Shown: positions 25,901 to 40,614, counted from the stretch's first letter. The stretch is DNA of 64,000 bases from Bugula neritina (GCA_964035545.1 OZ037766.1:12638722-12702721), one strand, 5' to 3'. Numbers and translations are program-made. The notes: generated from the letters alone by a model not told the origin.

Positions 25901-28900
25901 ATTGAATTTTGAACGCATTCTATTAAAAAACTATAACTGTTTGGTAAAAATACTTATAACTGCTAAAAACTTAGACAACGCTGCAAAAAGGGAAAATTTC
26001 TAAATGGCTATATTCACTAACTTTGGAACATCAAATCTATTCATTCTACAATCAGTTATTTTTAAACATGGCTTTTTTCCCCAATGTTCATTTTCTAAGA
26101 CGAGCATTTCCTAAACAGTAAATTTTGAAATTGGGATTTTTAAATAGTTGAAGACTGAGCTGCACTAGTTTTACCAACTGCAAAAAAGAGGAAGAGACAG
26201 TGCAGCTGCATGCCGAGATTATTATGTAACATTTTATGAAATCCTGCAAATTCCACAGAATTTAATAGTTCTGTAAAGGTTCATGAACTATCAACTAGCC
26301 TACTCCAGCTGTTTAGAGCCAGCAAGCACTAGTAACCAAATAAGCATTATCTGGAGATAATAGCAGGGAATGGGAGATGCATTACTATTATGTAATCATG
26401 CAAATAATAATATGGATTCCCAGTCACTGACTGGCTTATCACATACATTTACTAAATCTGCAATTACAGTTCAAAGACCTAAGATATATTTCGAGACTGA
26501 TGGAGCTTTTCCTCCCATTATAATTGTAGTGTGTATCAGCTGTATGATGAATGCTGGTAGCAGGCAATTATGTTCATTACTCATACATAGCTACTTTATT
26601 CATTGCCAAACTTGTTGAGATATAAACTTGATAATTGAGTTTCATCAACAGATGCTTCAGAGTTTAGAAGGTAATTTAAGCAGTCAATATTGTTGTCTTC
26701 AATTCAAAGATCAAATGAAAAAGAGTTCATTAGAATCCTTCAATATGGCCACATAAAAGAAAAATATTGCTGCTACTATGGCTTTCGAAACTGTAATTAA
26801 AAATTATCCACAAGGAATAGGTCTCATTTCAAATAACAGAAATGGTGTTGGGAATAAATCATAACATGCATTGTAATAGTATATATCATTATAATATTAT
26901 ACATTATTATTATATATACTATACTAGACTTTGTTATTCATTAAAATGTGTATTACAAAATATACATTATAATATATGCATTATTATAGAAGATTCACTA
27001 TTATATACATTATAATATACATTGTAGTAATATTATACATTATTACATAAATTATACTAGATATTGTTACACACATTATTAGATACAGCAAAATATACAA
27101 ATAATACATTATAACATATACATTATAATATATACATTATAATATAGACATTATTATATATACATTATGATATATGCATTACCTGCAGACACATAAAAAT
27201 GGTTGCCTCCATCTAGCTGCTTTACAATGAACTGTCCTTGCTTGTAGGATTCTACTTTCATGCAGTTCACAATCTCGTAAATTTGGTTCTTGTCAATTTT
27301 TTTCAAGAAATCATTGTTGGTCAATGCTTTTTTTATAAGTTGCCTTTCACTATTGAAACGATAAAATTTTGTAATTAACTGTTTATTCACATAATAGTAT
27401 AATATATAATCAATTGGGGGTTACATTAAGAGACATAATACATATCTAAATAGTATCAAGTAAGATATGTTTCAATTTCCCCACAATTTCATATTCCAAC
27501 GACTCAAATAAACCCATCTGCAGAATGAAACTTTTATTGTCAAAGTTAGATATGAGTACATGACATTGCTGGGAACATAATGCTGTGGAACAGTACAGTA
27601 TTATGTCAGCTTTTGCATGTTTAGCATCAAGGTGCTGGTTTGTCTTGTGAAATGCTATCAATAGCACTATATTGGTATACTCTTGAGACTAAATTAATAA
27701 CGTTCCGTGGGTAATCAAACAGCTTGGAGGATTATCATTAGCTTAATACTATGTCACTGTATCATGGTTTAGGACACTAATTAGTGTAACTAATGACCAG
27801 GGAAATTTAATTTGAAAGGAAAGACAATCCCTAATCAAATCACACTTGTTAATGAAAGCTTGATCACACTATTAAATCAAAGTCATGCTTACATATAGAT
27901 GCAATAATAGAAATATCATTTGTAAAAAGCAAGCAAGAAACAAGTGGTAATACAAACTTGTAGTCTTTTTTGTAGTGTTTTATTTCAACGTGTGCTGTTG
28001 AGTCGGTTGAGCATTCCCCGGATACTCCCTGTTTCTTCCTTGTATGTCCGTCCATCATGGACATAGAGAGGTCCTCCTACAGGAAATACTCAAATCTTGT
28101 AATGAGCGGCAAGAAATGTTAACTCCAATAAAAAGTTTTGCATACTTGTGCAATTATCGCTTAACATTTTTATGGTTGGATGAAGGATTGTAGTGTTAGG
28201 ATAGACTGTTTTTACTAAGGAGACTATAATATTTACTTGACCAATCCATTCTTATTGAACATAAAGTAAGACCTAACAGCATTTTTAAATCAGTTTTATA
28301 TAAAACGTAGGTCACAGTACGGTATGTCGAGTGCTGCTAATATGAGTCTGTTGATAGGTTTTATGTTGAACATGAAGAGATGACGTGTGATTTTATATTT
28401 TAGCAAAAATTGCAACAGCCATCTTTTTCATCTACCCATCTAAGAATTAATATAGTCTACTGCGGAATCGCAGTACAATAAGAGCTCTATACACATAAGT
28501 AAGAGTTGCTCTAAAAGTTAATTGTAACTTCAAAATCAGATTGTATCAGTTAACATTATAATGCAGTTGGTGGAAAGCATTACTGCGCTTATCATTTCCC
28601 TGCTAAACTTCAAACAATGAGCAAAATTGGTAATTTATTATCTCTTAAATAAATACATTATCAGCTATCACTTGATGCAAAGTGTAATTAGAATAAGGAT
28701 ATTATGAAGAGAAGGGAAGGTGATAAAACAGGCAAGGAAACTTTCAGTGATTGATTATAGATTCCACTTCAATGTTACTAAAGTTCATTACGGCATGGGT
28801 GTCTTAAAAGATGGTCTACAATCACGTCTAAACACATCATTTTATTGAATCTATACGGAAATGTTTCACAAATTAAAATGGAGAATAGAAACTATCGAAT

Positions 28901-30395
28901 TTTCAGAATACTACCATTTTTTTAAAATTATGTAGTCATAGTGGAACTGGGTTGTGCCAAGTTCGCTCAATGTCAAGTTGACTCAGTCAGACTTGATAAA
29001 GTAATAATAGTATAAGTTTTGTGATTTCCAATAGCACAGCCCATTCAGCAAAGCAAATACCCATAGAAAATGGCAGCAACCAACTTTCTGGTTTACCATA
29101 GGCCACAGATCATCCATATTGAATCATTTGAAGTGATGATTATTGATAAACTATTTAGCATAAAATTGACATCTCTTTAATAACAGACATTAACATAAGT
29201 GCACTAGGAGAACATCAAGCCCAGATACAGAACTTTCTTTTAGTTTAGTGCTCAGTGCCCTAGTTTCATTCCTACTTCATGTTTGTCACTTGATAGTCAT
29301 AAGGTTGAAGATTAATGTCAGCTTGAAAACCACAAATTAATATTTACTACACTCATGCCACCATAGCCCTAACTGTCACTAAGGGCAGTAGTAGGTCTCT
29401 ACTAGTAGGAGGAAGCTGCAACTAGTTGGTCTACAATGTGCCTTAAACTGTTTAAAGTAGTTTGCTTAAAACCAGGCTTAATCTATTTGAAGCATTTATA
29501 AAATAACTACTATAAATATAAGTGGTTTTTTATCTGGGTGATTAAATCAAATCATAACAAGTTTGCTAAACTCACTTGAATAGTGGCTAGAATATCAGGC
29601 TTTCCATTCATCACCTTCTGCTGCAAAACACACTGCAGTTTGTCCACTTCTTCTTTCAGTTTTCTGATTTCTATGTCTTTAGATAAGATTGTCTGTTGAG
29701 CTGCTAACAGCTCCGATTTATATCTTTCCATTTCGCTCTGCAATGCAGTTAGGATAGTTAAATATAATCAAATAAGAAATTAATTTTATACATAAGCCAA
29801 CATAAAGCCAACGATGCCCCAAAGACTTGATGGATGTTGAATAAGAAATGAATATCTTCAAGTGGGTTTGAAACTTTTAATCTAGAAGACACCATTGAAT
29901 GACTATTCAACTACCACTTTGTGTAATTATACTGCAGTTGAAGTTGCAACCAATCGGGGAGCAACATACTAGCCATTGGTGTAAATAATTAATACTCACC
30001 TGTGTACTTGAAAGATCTTCTTTCATCTTTACAAAGAGCATTTTAGCTTGAGCGAAGTCATAGACATTGCCATCAATGGTGAGATTCATATTAGAAGCCG
30101 ATGCTCCGCTTGCAGATGTTGCGTTTCCCATGCTGCCCCACAATGCAGCAGCAGGAGTATTTAACACTTGGTGATTTAAAGCTGCAGCATAGTGATATTG
30201 ATACCATACCAATTGGTCTGGCAACAATGGGTGCACGTGTGATCTGTCTAAGTTATTATTCATGTAACCTAGTTGCTCATGTGGATTGCTACTATTAATT
30301 CCTGTATCTTGATCAGCTATTGGCTGTACTAAAGTAATATCACCAGTGCTCTCTGTTCTCATTGGCTCGTGTTCCATCCTGCAGTCACTCCTCAT
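13912..30395 (-). CDS. PRKG2: cGMP-dependent protein kinase, PKG II/DG1-like, 16 coding exons, 824 aa (736 aa from the internal MGNATS start at 30131)
   Basis: Exons: 30395-30000, 29737-29576, 28076-27958, 27349-27183, 24938-24825, 23660-23555, 23131-23068, 22600-22359, 21545-21471, 20032-19888, 18717-18578, 17923-17834, 17144-17003, 15710-15547, 14637-14452, 14074-13912. All are GT-AG and phase-consistent (2475 nt). Motifs: coiled coil, pseudosubstrate RKKQGVSGE, two cNMP cassettes with the cGMP-selective Thr ([32 protein letters not shown]), [34 protein letters not shown]-terminal [15 protein letters not shown] identity is secure; the II versus I call is by motif resemblance only. Confidence 0.95.
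19497..19700 (+). mobile_element. tRNA-derived SINE, most complete copy, in a PKG intron
   Basis: Head GGAGCAGCCCTGGTCTAGGGGTTAGAGTGTTTGCCTAGTAAACACGAGGTC (A box plus AGT anticodon arm), then the shared core GGCCATTGGT...CAGTCATAATTGCTCCTGTGCC. Confidence 0.85.
26865..27175 (+). repeat. Degenerate AT-rich tandem repeat (TATACATTATAA-like)
   Basis: Recurrent TACATTAT(A)A words adjacent to the PKG donor site at 27182. Confidence 0.7.
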
Positions 30396-33259
30396 TTGGC
30401 GGTATGAGTGGCACTAGTGCACGACTTCTACATACAATAATAATAAACTATCAGATTAGTGTAGTATCATGTAGCTGTGATCATAGCAGCAGTAGACAGC
30501 AAGCAATATTGCCCATTTTCCTAAAACTGAGTATAATTGATATCCCCAGGCACACTGCTATACCCATATACCTATATACTCCTTGTAACAGAACTGATAT
30601 TAAAGTGAATAAAGGTACACTATTTGGGTAGCATTTTCATCACTATCAGTAGGTAAATGTCAAAATATTTAATGCTAAAACGCAGTGTGGAGAAAAAGTG
30701 GGCTACTAAACGAAAGGAAATATAGCACTTAAGGGTGGCTCTTGACAAGTGCTTGCCAAGTACCTCTTGCTAAGAAGCAATAATTGCTGATTCGTTCATG
30801 ACAATATTTCAGAGTTGTCTTTTCTACTTAGAATGAGCATTTAATGCAGATAAGCCAGCATGTAGAATCAGGTAGACAAAATTTGAAATGTTTATCTATT
30901 TATGGAATTACAGACTAACATGCAGAGCACATCCTATACAAATATACATGGATTGGGTTATGTATTGGTGAAGGTGTAACTATTTTCATGCACTTGGCAG
31001 CCATGCAATGACAATCATTTTTATCACCATAGGATATTTTGAATAGTTAGGGACCTGATGCGAATTTTATACTATATTAAATGAAAACTTGTAGCAAAAT
31101 AAATTAAATGAGTACCAAAGTTATAGACAGGACACCAACTGATGGTTGGCAATGGAACAACTTTTCTTCCGGAAACAAGTAATATGATACACATTGAAAG
31201 TTTAATACATTTAATATAGTCTTATAGATAAAAATGTCTTTATTCAAGCATATCCTACTCTGTTTGGTTGAGCAGTTTAGAAATTGTTTATTAGCAAAAA
31301 AGCACATATTCTCTGCTAGACAGCTGTAAGTGTTATTTAGTTATTTAGTATAAGTTGATTTCACTCATGTGATGGCAGATTTACGTAGAGTTTACTACTT
31401 GTACTATTCTTGAGAATGATCACATTATTATAATGGTGAAACTGACAGCACAACAGTTTAGTCTCTATTTAGTTAAATGTCATAGCACATTTGGCAAGTT
31501 ATTTATAGTTTATTTTACTGTGTTCTTTGTGCTGCACCCTGCAACTATACGTTTTAGTTATTGATATTCCCAAAATAACCCAACACTGCAGACTGCAGCT
31601 CATACTCCAGTCTTTCAACACACAACATAACCGTCTGTAATAATATTTAGAAACAGTAGAGTGCACTTAAACATAATGACATTATAGTTTGAAAATGTCA
31701 ATATAAGCTTTGTGATAAAATGTTGTATTGTATTGAAAACTAACTTGAATAAAAGTTGATGATAGCAAAAAAATATCTGTCAATTTTAGCTACAATGTGA
31801 GCTCTCTATGAAAACCTAAAAGTAACCAGAAAAGTTTAAATTAAAACTTTCAACTCATCGTGCTTTCAAGTTGTCTCCCCGCAACTGAAGGGGAGCAAAA
31901 CTTCAGTTTCCCAGTTGAAGATTTTTAAACAGCAGATATGTTATTTAACATGGCTAAAATTTCAGCTGATGGTTTTACAATTTTAAATATTGATTCAAAA
32001 TGTTTAGCAGCTTGTGATTTTAATTTCTTTATAAAAACAGAAATACTGTAACAACTATTACCTGTCATGACAAATATCCAAATTTGTATTTGGTAGGAGA
32101 GGATAACTCGAAATTATTACTGAAAATAACCTTTTGAATATGGCTAATGTATAAAGCATGTATTGATTTTTCTATTTACCTTCTCATCAGTCATAAATAA
32201 TTGCATGGTACTGTTCTGACAATCGAACACTAATCAGATATATATGAGAACAACTTTACAGAAGTTAACACTAGAAATAGCCACCAGCTTTTAGCTCTCT
32301 TTAGAGAAATTTGACTGTAAGACTATATTTGAATGTTACAATTTGAACCTTTTGCCACAAAACAAATGTTGGCCAGTTGAAGACTCAGCAAAAAGCTGAT
32401 TTCTATTTGGTTAGGAATGTTAATTTCAAATTTTTCTCTTTATCCAATATTTCAGCCAAATATAAAATTTTTTAGAGAACTTTATATAAATCAAGTTTCT
32501 AAGTTAACTTCTTATCAGTGATATAATTTTATAGTATGCGCAGATTGTTACTTGAAAAGTGGTTATCGGGGAGTGGTAACATACAGCATGCATAACGATA
32601 GGACTTACTGTACAAAAAGTGAGAATTTTGTTTTTAAATAATTGAACCACTTGTAGAAATAAGGATAAATAATGGACGATAAGTATCACATTTTAGTATT
32701 TAAAAATAAAATTCTTTAGGTAAATAAATGCAAGGCCAGACTAAGCTAACCCAGATCCTAATCCTACTCATTTAAAAGTATTATGGTTTGGATTAAAAAA
32801 TATAGTAAACTTTACAAGAGCTGAATAATCCATTCTCATTGCTAGCTGTTCAACTAGTACCAGGGTACAGCCATAGTTATTATTGCACTTCTTTAGAAAA
32901 TCTGTTTTTATAATCCAATATGCCTGTCAGTAAAATTTAACACAAAAACAAACTGCAGGATAGAATTCTATTCTTTATAAAAAGTGTTTAGAATAAGCCC
33001 CAGGAACAAGTATAAGTACATATACATTAGAAATGCTGGGAGGAGAATCTGTGGAGTCTGTATATAATAAAAATCATGTCAAATTGATATCCCGCTGTTA
33101 AAATGTTAACAGATGTATCAATTCTATCAAAAGAATAGATTTTCAGCACCTTACACAGTGTTCTTACATAAACAGCACGTAATGTACTTTTAATATCAAA
33201 TTTAATGTCTGCTCAGATTTTTTAACCATGGGCCTGAAAAAACAAACTGTAAAGTTTCT

Positions 33260-33400
<141 letters not shown>

Positions 33401-35639
33401 CATAATATATATCAAATATTTCTGAAATGTACAAAAATTTAGTCTTATGGTGTGAAATCAAGAACTGAATAGTTGGCTCATTCAAAAATTATAAATATCA
33501 TATTATACGTATAATATACATGTAATATAATATGTACCAAACAAAGATAAATGCATAAAATGTATTATGGAATTTACTTACTAAAGTAACAATATATGCC
33601 CATGTGTCAACATAATGATGTGGTTCAATAGGTAGAGAAGCCAAGACAGTATCGCTCATGATTTCTACAAAACAAATATATATATAAAAAGGGTGACCAG
33701 TGTCAAACTGACATCAGGTGCTCAGTGCTTCAGTTGACAGGTAGTCAAGGTGCTCCTAACCATGATACAATTTAGGGCGTTACAAAGTGTGTATACTTGT
33801 GACTCAAAGAGAAAGATTCTTATAAAAGTTATTGCCCCACAGTTTCTGCGGAACTTCTTTTGAATTCACTAGCATTATCTGACAATCTTTGACCAATTAA
33901 TTGAACTGTGTTTAATAGATAAAATTTAGTTTTAGCACTTGACTTATTAATGCTGATGAATGTGTACTTTTTAAGAAGAGAAAAGATGCAGTCAGTTTGA
34001 CAAAATCTTTTAAAAAATGCTTTTTTTAGTTTGAGATAAAAGACTTATCAAACGTTACCCTACGGCATTTGAGCTCATCATTCTATACTTCTATCATCAA
34101 TAAATTTATGGCTACTTGATGTTTAGGATAAGCCAAGAAATAAATAACAGCTAATAAGAAACTACTATCAACAAAATTTTCATAATATATCTCAAACAAA
34201 ATTGATTATGGCTAGGTTCCAAAGTTTACTCACTCTAGAAACCTGCAGAAAAAAATTTAAAAACACTAAATTGAGACTAGTCAACCAAACAGACTCTAGT
34301 AGAACGAAGGTCAACTCAAGGTTACAAAACTCCTGAAAAAAATTGTCAAAGGATTACTTTGTCTTTAAAAAATAATATTTACCACAGTTCCTCAAAGCTT
34401 GAGCGAAATTAAGTAAAATTGTGTAATTATATGATTATTAACAGCAAAACTTGATATTAGTTTAAAATATGGCACTGAAAAATTAATTTTCGCCTAATCT
34501 ACATAATTATGTAGGAAATGGGTGCTTTTGAGAGCATAAAACTTACATAATATTGTTCTCCATCTGAAGAATTTGATATTTATAATTGCTGATGATTCAG
34601 AGTGAATAATTAAGCCTAAGATATTATTGCCTATTTGGAGAGCACTTAATCTCATTTTAGTACTAATTTTGTCCATATATTTCATAAACAAAACAAAATG
34701 TTACTGATTATAAAAGCCTACTTCTGGAGCAGCTGCTGGTTAAAGACAACCACAATAGCAGACAGGGAAATTTACAAATAAACTTTTGAGGAAAAACTAG
34801 TATTCTTGGCTTGCTTACTGCAATATTTTGCAGGGACAATAAACACTGCAATGTTTACTACAGAGTAGATAGTATTTCACTAGTAACTAGTTGTACAGCA
34901 AAACTTTTGCTACATTTCAAGCATTCTAAATTATAATATTTTATAACAATTATAATATTTTTAAAACAATAAAACAATATAAGTAGTTAGTTGCTTAAAT
35001 CGCATATTTCCAGAGAGTGATGTATTATAAATATCCCAGCTAGAGTGGAAAAGTTAAAGACTTGCAGACCTTACAGCGTAAGCTTATGGTATGCAGTACT
35101 GCTTATGATCAGAGTAAGTTGAATGGAGTTTATAATAGTCAGTGGTTTATAAGGAACAACCAGATTTAGAAAAACTAGAGCAAAAGCTGTGTTGAAGCAA
35201 CGGTTCAATCCCACCCAGTGAAAATAATTTCCATGGTGAGGAACTCTGGTTAGGCAATTGCCTTTGCTTGGTCAATAATGTTATGGGGAGGGGGGATAGG
35301 TCTGCATCATAAGTTTATGAGGTATGATATACAATACAGTGGGTATAACTTTTTGCTTGCTTTCCTTGTGAGTATTAAATTGTACGATTGCACCACAGAA
35401 TAATTGAAGCCATTATAAGCATAACAGTGGTTGCTCCAAGGGAAATCCACCATTGCAAGTGATCTGCCTTGCTATTGTTGTGCAGCATAACATAATCAAA
35501 TTTCACTCACTGTAACTTGGCAGATTTCAGTGCTCAAGTTGGTGAAATGTTGCATAACATTCCGGTCAATTTCACTCAGGGTGTTTAGCTTTTTAAAGTA
35601 TTAAAAAAATCTTAGTAGCTTAATTAGTCAGTGCCTATA

Positions 35640-35876
35640 ACTAGTACTACCTTTTGTTCACCCACCACTATACTACCATCACTGCCAGTTGCTATTCTTC
35701 CAACACTGAAACTTTATATAATTGCTACTGACAATACAACAATACCGACCTACTGCAGTTACATCAAATCTACTAGTACAGTTGCTACTATACCACCTTT
35801 ACTGCTACAGTTACACAACTGCTGCTGCTACTACTGCTAATGCTACTGTTACTACTGATGCTACTGCTACTACTAG
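35640..35876 (+). repeat. Degenerate (ACT/GCT)n low-complexity tract
   Basis: CTACT/CTGCT triplet periodicity, purest at 35815-35876. Confidence 0.7.
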
Positions 35877-38800
35877 CCTCTACACATATAAACTAGGCAT
35901 CTACTGGGTCACCAGAAAACACCTACTACCACATTATTATTTTGACCTGAGATAATAGGGTATATAGACTATCGGACAGCTCAAAGTTAAGCTTTAAGTT
36001 TAGACGACAGATGAGCAGTAAATAATAGTTGAGTGTGGTATAGTTTATCAAGCTACTTTTAGAAGTAACTTCCATGAAGAAATCTTACCTGGTCAATTTT
36101 ACAACATATTCAACTAAAATGTTGAAATAAAAAATCAACTATAAAGCATAACAAAAAGATTGGCAGCAATTGCTAATGAACTGTACTATTTCTTGTTTAG
36201 CTCAGGTCTCTAGTTATTGATTTAGAACTCATTTTCAGGGGTATATGCTTTTATTTTGCTAAACAAGTTTTCATGCCTAATTAGACTACTGGGGGGAGTG
36301 GGGGAAGTACTTTTTGTACCTACAGATGATATATTCTCATCTGTAAATAAAAATTTGCTCCTCAAAGTATTTTACGACTTTAAATTATAGATAGGAGCAG
36401 TCTGGATTTTATATATAACATCAAGCTTTAGCGTTTATATTTGGATACTTTGTATATCTTGACTTAAAAAGGTTTGTCTAATTGGTATGTTTAAAGTCAA
36501 CAACCCCACTAATAAGCTTACGCTACTAAATTTTAAAGAAAGGTCTAAAAATGGTGGATCTTATAGTTTAGATTCTGCATTATCTATTAAAAATAAGTCA
36601 TTTTATAAAAACAATACATAAGCAGTTTTTGCAATTACCATAACAGCCCAAAATTTTGTCAGCTTTCTTTTTAAACTAGGCCCATTAATTGCAAATTTGG
36701 CATATAATCAATTTTGCAAGTTACACCCTCACAAAGCATTTCGATGGCACAAACAGCTCCAAATAAACAAAATCTATGAGCTATTTAGGTAATGGAACGG
36801 TGAATTGTTTTAGTAAAGTCTACAACCATCAACTTAAAACTTGCAGAGGTTGCTTTGCTCCCACCTTGATGAGTATTTCTATACTTAGGTCAAAGGCCAT
36901 TTTGTTAGCAGTTCTAGTACTAACTTTCAGAGAGCTGCAGTTGACAAGATGGTTAAAATAACAGATATGTGTCAACCTTTGGTCTCTCAAGCGTGGAATG
37001 GCAGGGAAACTTGTGGGCAAAATGACTAGGCACCATGATTCCCTTTAATCAATCATCTAATTAAAAAACAAGAACTTCAGCTAGTACCTCTATTTTAAAT
37101 CATTAAAATCAGATCTTATTAAATTATAATTTATGGAGAAAAGCTTGTGGGGGGTGAGGGGGCAATTGGTATTATTATTTTATAATTGCGAATTCTAAAG
37201 CTAAAATAGAATGCTGGTAAAAAAGAGGAAATTTTGTCTTTTGGCATGAACCCATGACATGTTTTAACTTTTTATGCCACTTGAAGTTTATTGAAACAAT
37301 AACAGAGTCTATCTGTTTGACTAAATGATTTGTATATTATATTATTATTATTATGTATTATTGCCTGTATTGCATACAGCAAACTTCAGTGCTACAATTG
37401 TAGATGAGCCATTAGTCATTTAGGTGCAATCGTGATTCAGTTAGATATTTTGACTATCATGCAATAACATGCATTAGTAATAAAATATTTGCTTAAAATC
37501 ATCACTATAGCACTGTAATAGTCCCAGATACTGGTCAGGTAAAGCAAAACCCTTGAGTTCTAACAGGAAAACACAGAGCATTGAAATACCATTACTTATA
37601 CAATCATTATACATCTTAATAGGCTCTTTCGAAATAGTGAAAATGTTACAGTGATGTAGAGACACAAGTTGGCGATAACTCAGGACAACAAAGAACCAAA
37701 GTATCATGAGCCTTGCACAAACACCATTAAAACATCAGAGTTTCAAATTTGCAAAGAGCCTTCAACAGTTCCGTGAGTCAACTTTGGAGCTGATATATAC
37801 TGCCAATATAAAACATATGAAACAAAGATATGGCAATTTTCTGAAAGCTTTCTGAGCCACCATGGTCAACACACAAATGACACAGGACTTCCTTAGTCGG
37901 GCAGTGTGTACAGCTTTGGCTACTTTAAATGGTACATACCACCATAAATTTAATTGGGACTTTCACATTCACCCTGTTCAACCTCTGCCACACTAAACTA
38001 AGAGAAATAACAGTAATAAAGAAAATAAATCAATTTTGCAATTGCTCCTATATGTGCATTGACTTGACATGACTAATAAAATCATGAAGATATATGAAAA
38101 ATAGAAATAAATGGGGGAGGAATAATTAAGAGCCAGAAATATTGGGCAGAAAATAATCTCGCGCATATTTCAAGCCATGTAGCCAATTCAATGAATTTAA
38201 ATCAAATCAATTTGTATTATTTCTGAAATGGAGATTTGCTGCTGTTCTGTCTCCTTATTAATTACTCAACAATGATACTTTCTATTATGTAATTTGAAGC
38301 ATTGTAACATCTGAAATACAATGACTAGCTAATTTTCATTTAATCCACATCTGATATCTGTCTCTAGTAAACATTTTTCCTGGTAGTTCAGGTATCATTA
38401 AAAAAACTTTTGAAGAAACAACTACTAGATTTGCTTACTTAATTAAACTGCTGATAGTGTTAATGAAAATATAGAATTATAAACTTCTGTATAGCAACTA
38501 TTTATATCAAAAATGTTCAAATTAATCAACTTTTTTAATCCCAAATGCTTTCAAGAGCCTCAATTTAGGATAAATTCAGAATTGGCCTTGAACAGAGCTA
38601 CTTCTTTCCCAGTAATTTATCACCAGTTTTCAAGTATTGATTGATCCCAATTCCACTGCAGTCAATCTGGTTACAAAGCTATAACATAGATTTTTTTCGG
38701 AATATATTCTGCAGTAAAAACTTAAGTTTACTTTTATCAAACTTGCTATTTTCAACTGCAATTACAAATTTTTTCTTGGTTTCAGCAGCTTATTGTTATC

Positions 38801-40012
38801 CTGTACATATTTACAACTTTCCATCTTGCCCTGCTGGCTGCTGAAAATTATAATTTGTATTATATAGTGCAAGTACTGATAGTAGGTGGTATTGTATTGT
38901 CACTTAGTAACTCAATGTAAATACATGAAGACAGAGAAATTCTTCTACCTCTTTGGTGTAAGAGGTACTCAGCTCAAATTGATGTGCAAATTTCGATAGA
39001 TTGATTGACCCAAGATGGAATAGAGGCTGAACTGAACAGACAGACTGGACTGAAGTGGCCAGGAGTGAACTTTGACCCGATTCCATGTATAGAACTGGCT
39101 GCAGTTGAATCTGGTTCAACCAAACAAAAAAATGGCGATTGTTCTCCAAGAAATTTGGGGTTTTTGATGCTAAGCAAAATCTAGCTCAACACACTTTGAT
39201 CACCACAATTATTCATAAGGGCTTCAAACTCGGAACTTTGCATTATACAACAAAATAGTTAATTAGTAAAAAGACTGTTAAACTACAAATGGCTATAGAT
39301 GAACAGCTGGCTCACAATCAGAAGAGAAAATGAAAGATATGGCTCATCATCAAACTGTCAGTAATGCTAATTTTTTAAATCAAAACCTATTCATGACTTG
39401 ACTCGCATGCAGGAATGCCTTATTATCCTCAAGCTATTAAGATCTTTGGTGGAAAAGACCAAAGGTCGACTAGTAGATTATTCCAAGTAGTCAGAGTGTT
39501 ACTAGTAATCAACCACTGATGAAGAAGGCCATATGATCAACACTCTACACTAGGTTACAGCATGGAGGAAGTTATAGCAGCTACTGGCCTCCGCATCAAG
39601 TTCGGCTAAACATTTACCTAGAGTCCGGGACATATAATTAACTCTGCAAAACTGCAAATTAAAGGACCTATTTCATGCGTAGTAGTAACAGTGTTTTGTG
39701 CATTTTTAAGAGAAAACATTCAATTTTACTAAAATATCAATTTTTTTCAGATTTTTCAACAAACTAGAGATTATCACAACTAACTATATTTTTTATACAA
39801 CAAATGTTGCTGTATTATTATAAGAGGTGTCCACTTGTGTACACTTGTCTATTGAACCAATGTACTAGTACTAGGTTTGAAGGTTATGTTGTCAACTTAG
39901 AGCTAATATTAAAGTTTATGCTAAAAAAATTTGAAACAAGTTTTAAGATTTACAGATACAATTTGTGAATCTTGACTTTAGTTTTCAATAAATCACTATA
40001 ACAGAGAGCAGA

Positions 40013-40174
40013 TAGTGCAGTAATGAAAAAGTTCAGAAAAGCCTGTGTTCTAGATTAGAAATGTAGTAAAAGAAGTTGTATTTCCCCAAGAATTTTAACC
40101 TGCACCCTCAAACCAAAATTTAATAAAATAATTAAAGAATTTAGACTACGTCAATTTCTCCACTATTGCTCCTA
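40013..40174 (+). mobile_element. ~160-bp MITE, copy 1
   Basis: Colinear with 57626-57786 (CCTGTGTTCTAGATTAGAAATGT...AAACCAAAATTTAATAA). Right end TCAATTTCTCCACTATTGCTCCTA. Confidence 0.8.
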
Positions 40175-40614
40175 GATGACCTAGACTCCTAGAGTAACTG
40201 GATAAAGTGAGCAAGATAGAGCACCTGGTGTGTTTATAGTCCACCTGAAGCTGGTCATTAATCTTGCCATTCTGATTTTTTACATTGTTGCAATAAAAAG
40301 TCTATAAAATTAACCCAATAAAATCTGCATTTGTAATGAAAAATGAATTAAAAACTGAGTACATGACTGTGACCATAATAAGTTTGCTATGGCATTTATT
40401 TTATGAAGCCTTGTGTTCTTATCTGGCATACAAATGCATGAAAGAGTTATCAAATATAAATACATTGCAGTCATTCATCTACAACTGTACTTTATGCTCT
40501 GAACACACATTTAATGCAAGCTAGTTTTATGTCAATAAGGGCAAATATAATGACAAAAAGTGTCATTCAGTTGAAATTTAAAGTTAATTAATATCATAAG
40601 TTATCAGAGGTTAT

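Noticed and set aside
35210-35584. Possible TIR element (CACCCAGTGAAA ... TTTCACTCAGGGTG)
   Set aside because: Short gapped inverted match, single copy in the window, no clear target-site duplication.
39516-39545. Hammerhead ribozyme core (CTGATGA), also CTGACGA near 61986
   Set aside because: No stem II followed by GAAA, so the catalytic core is incomplete.
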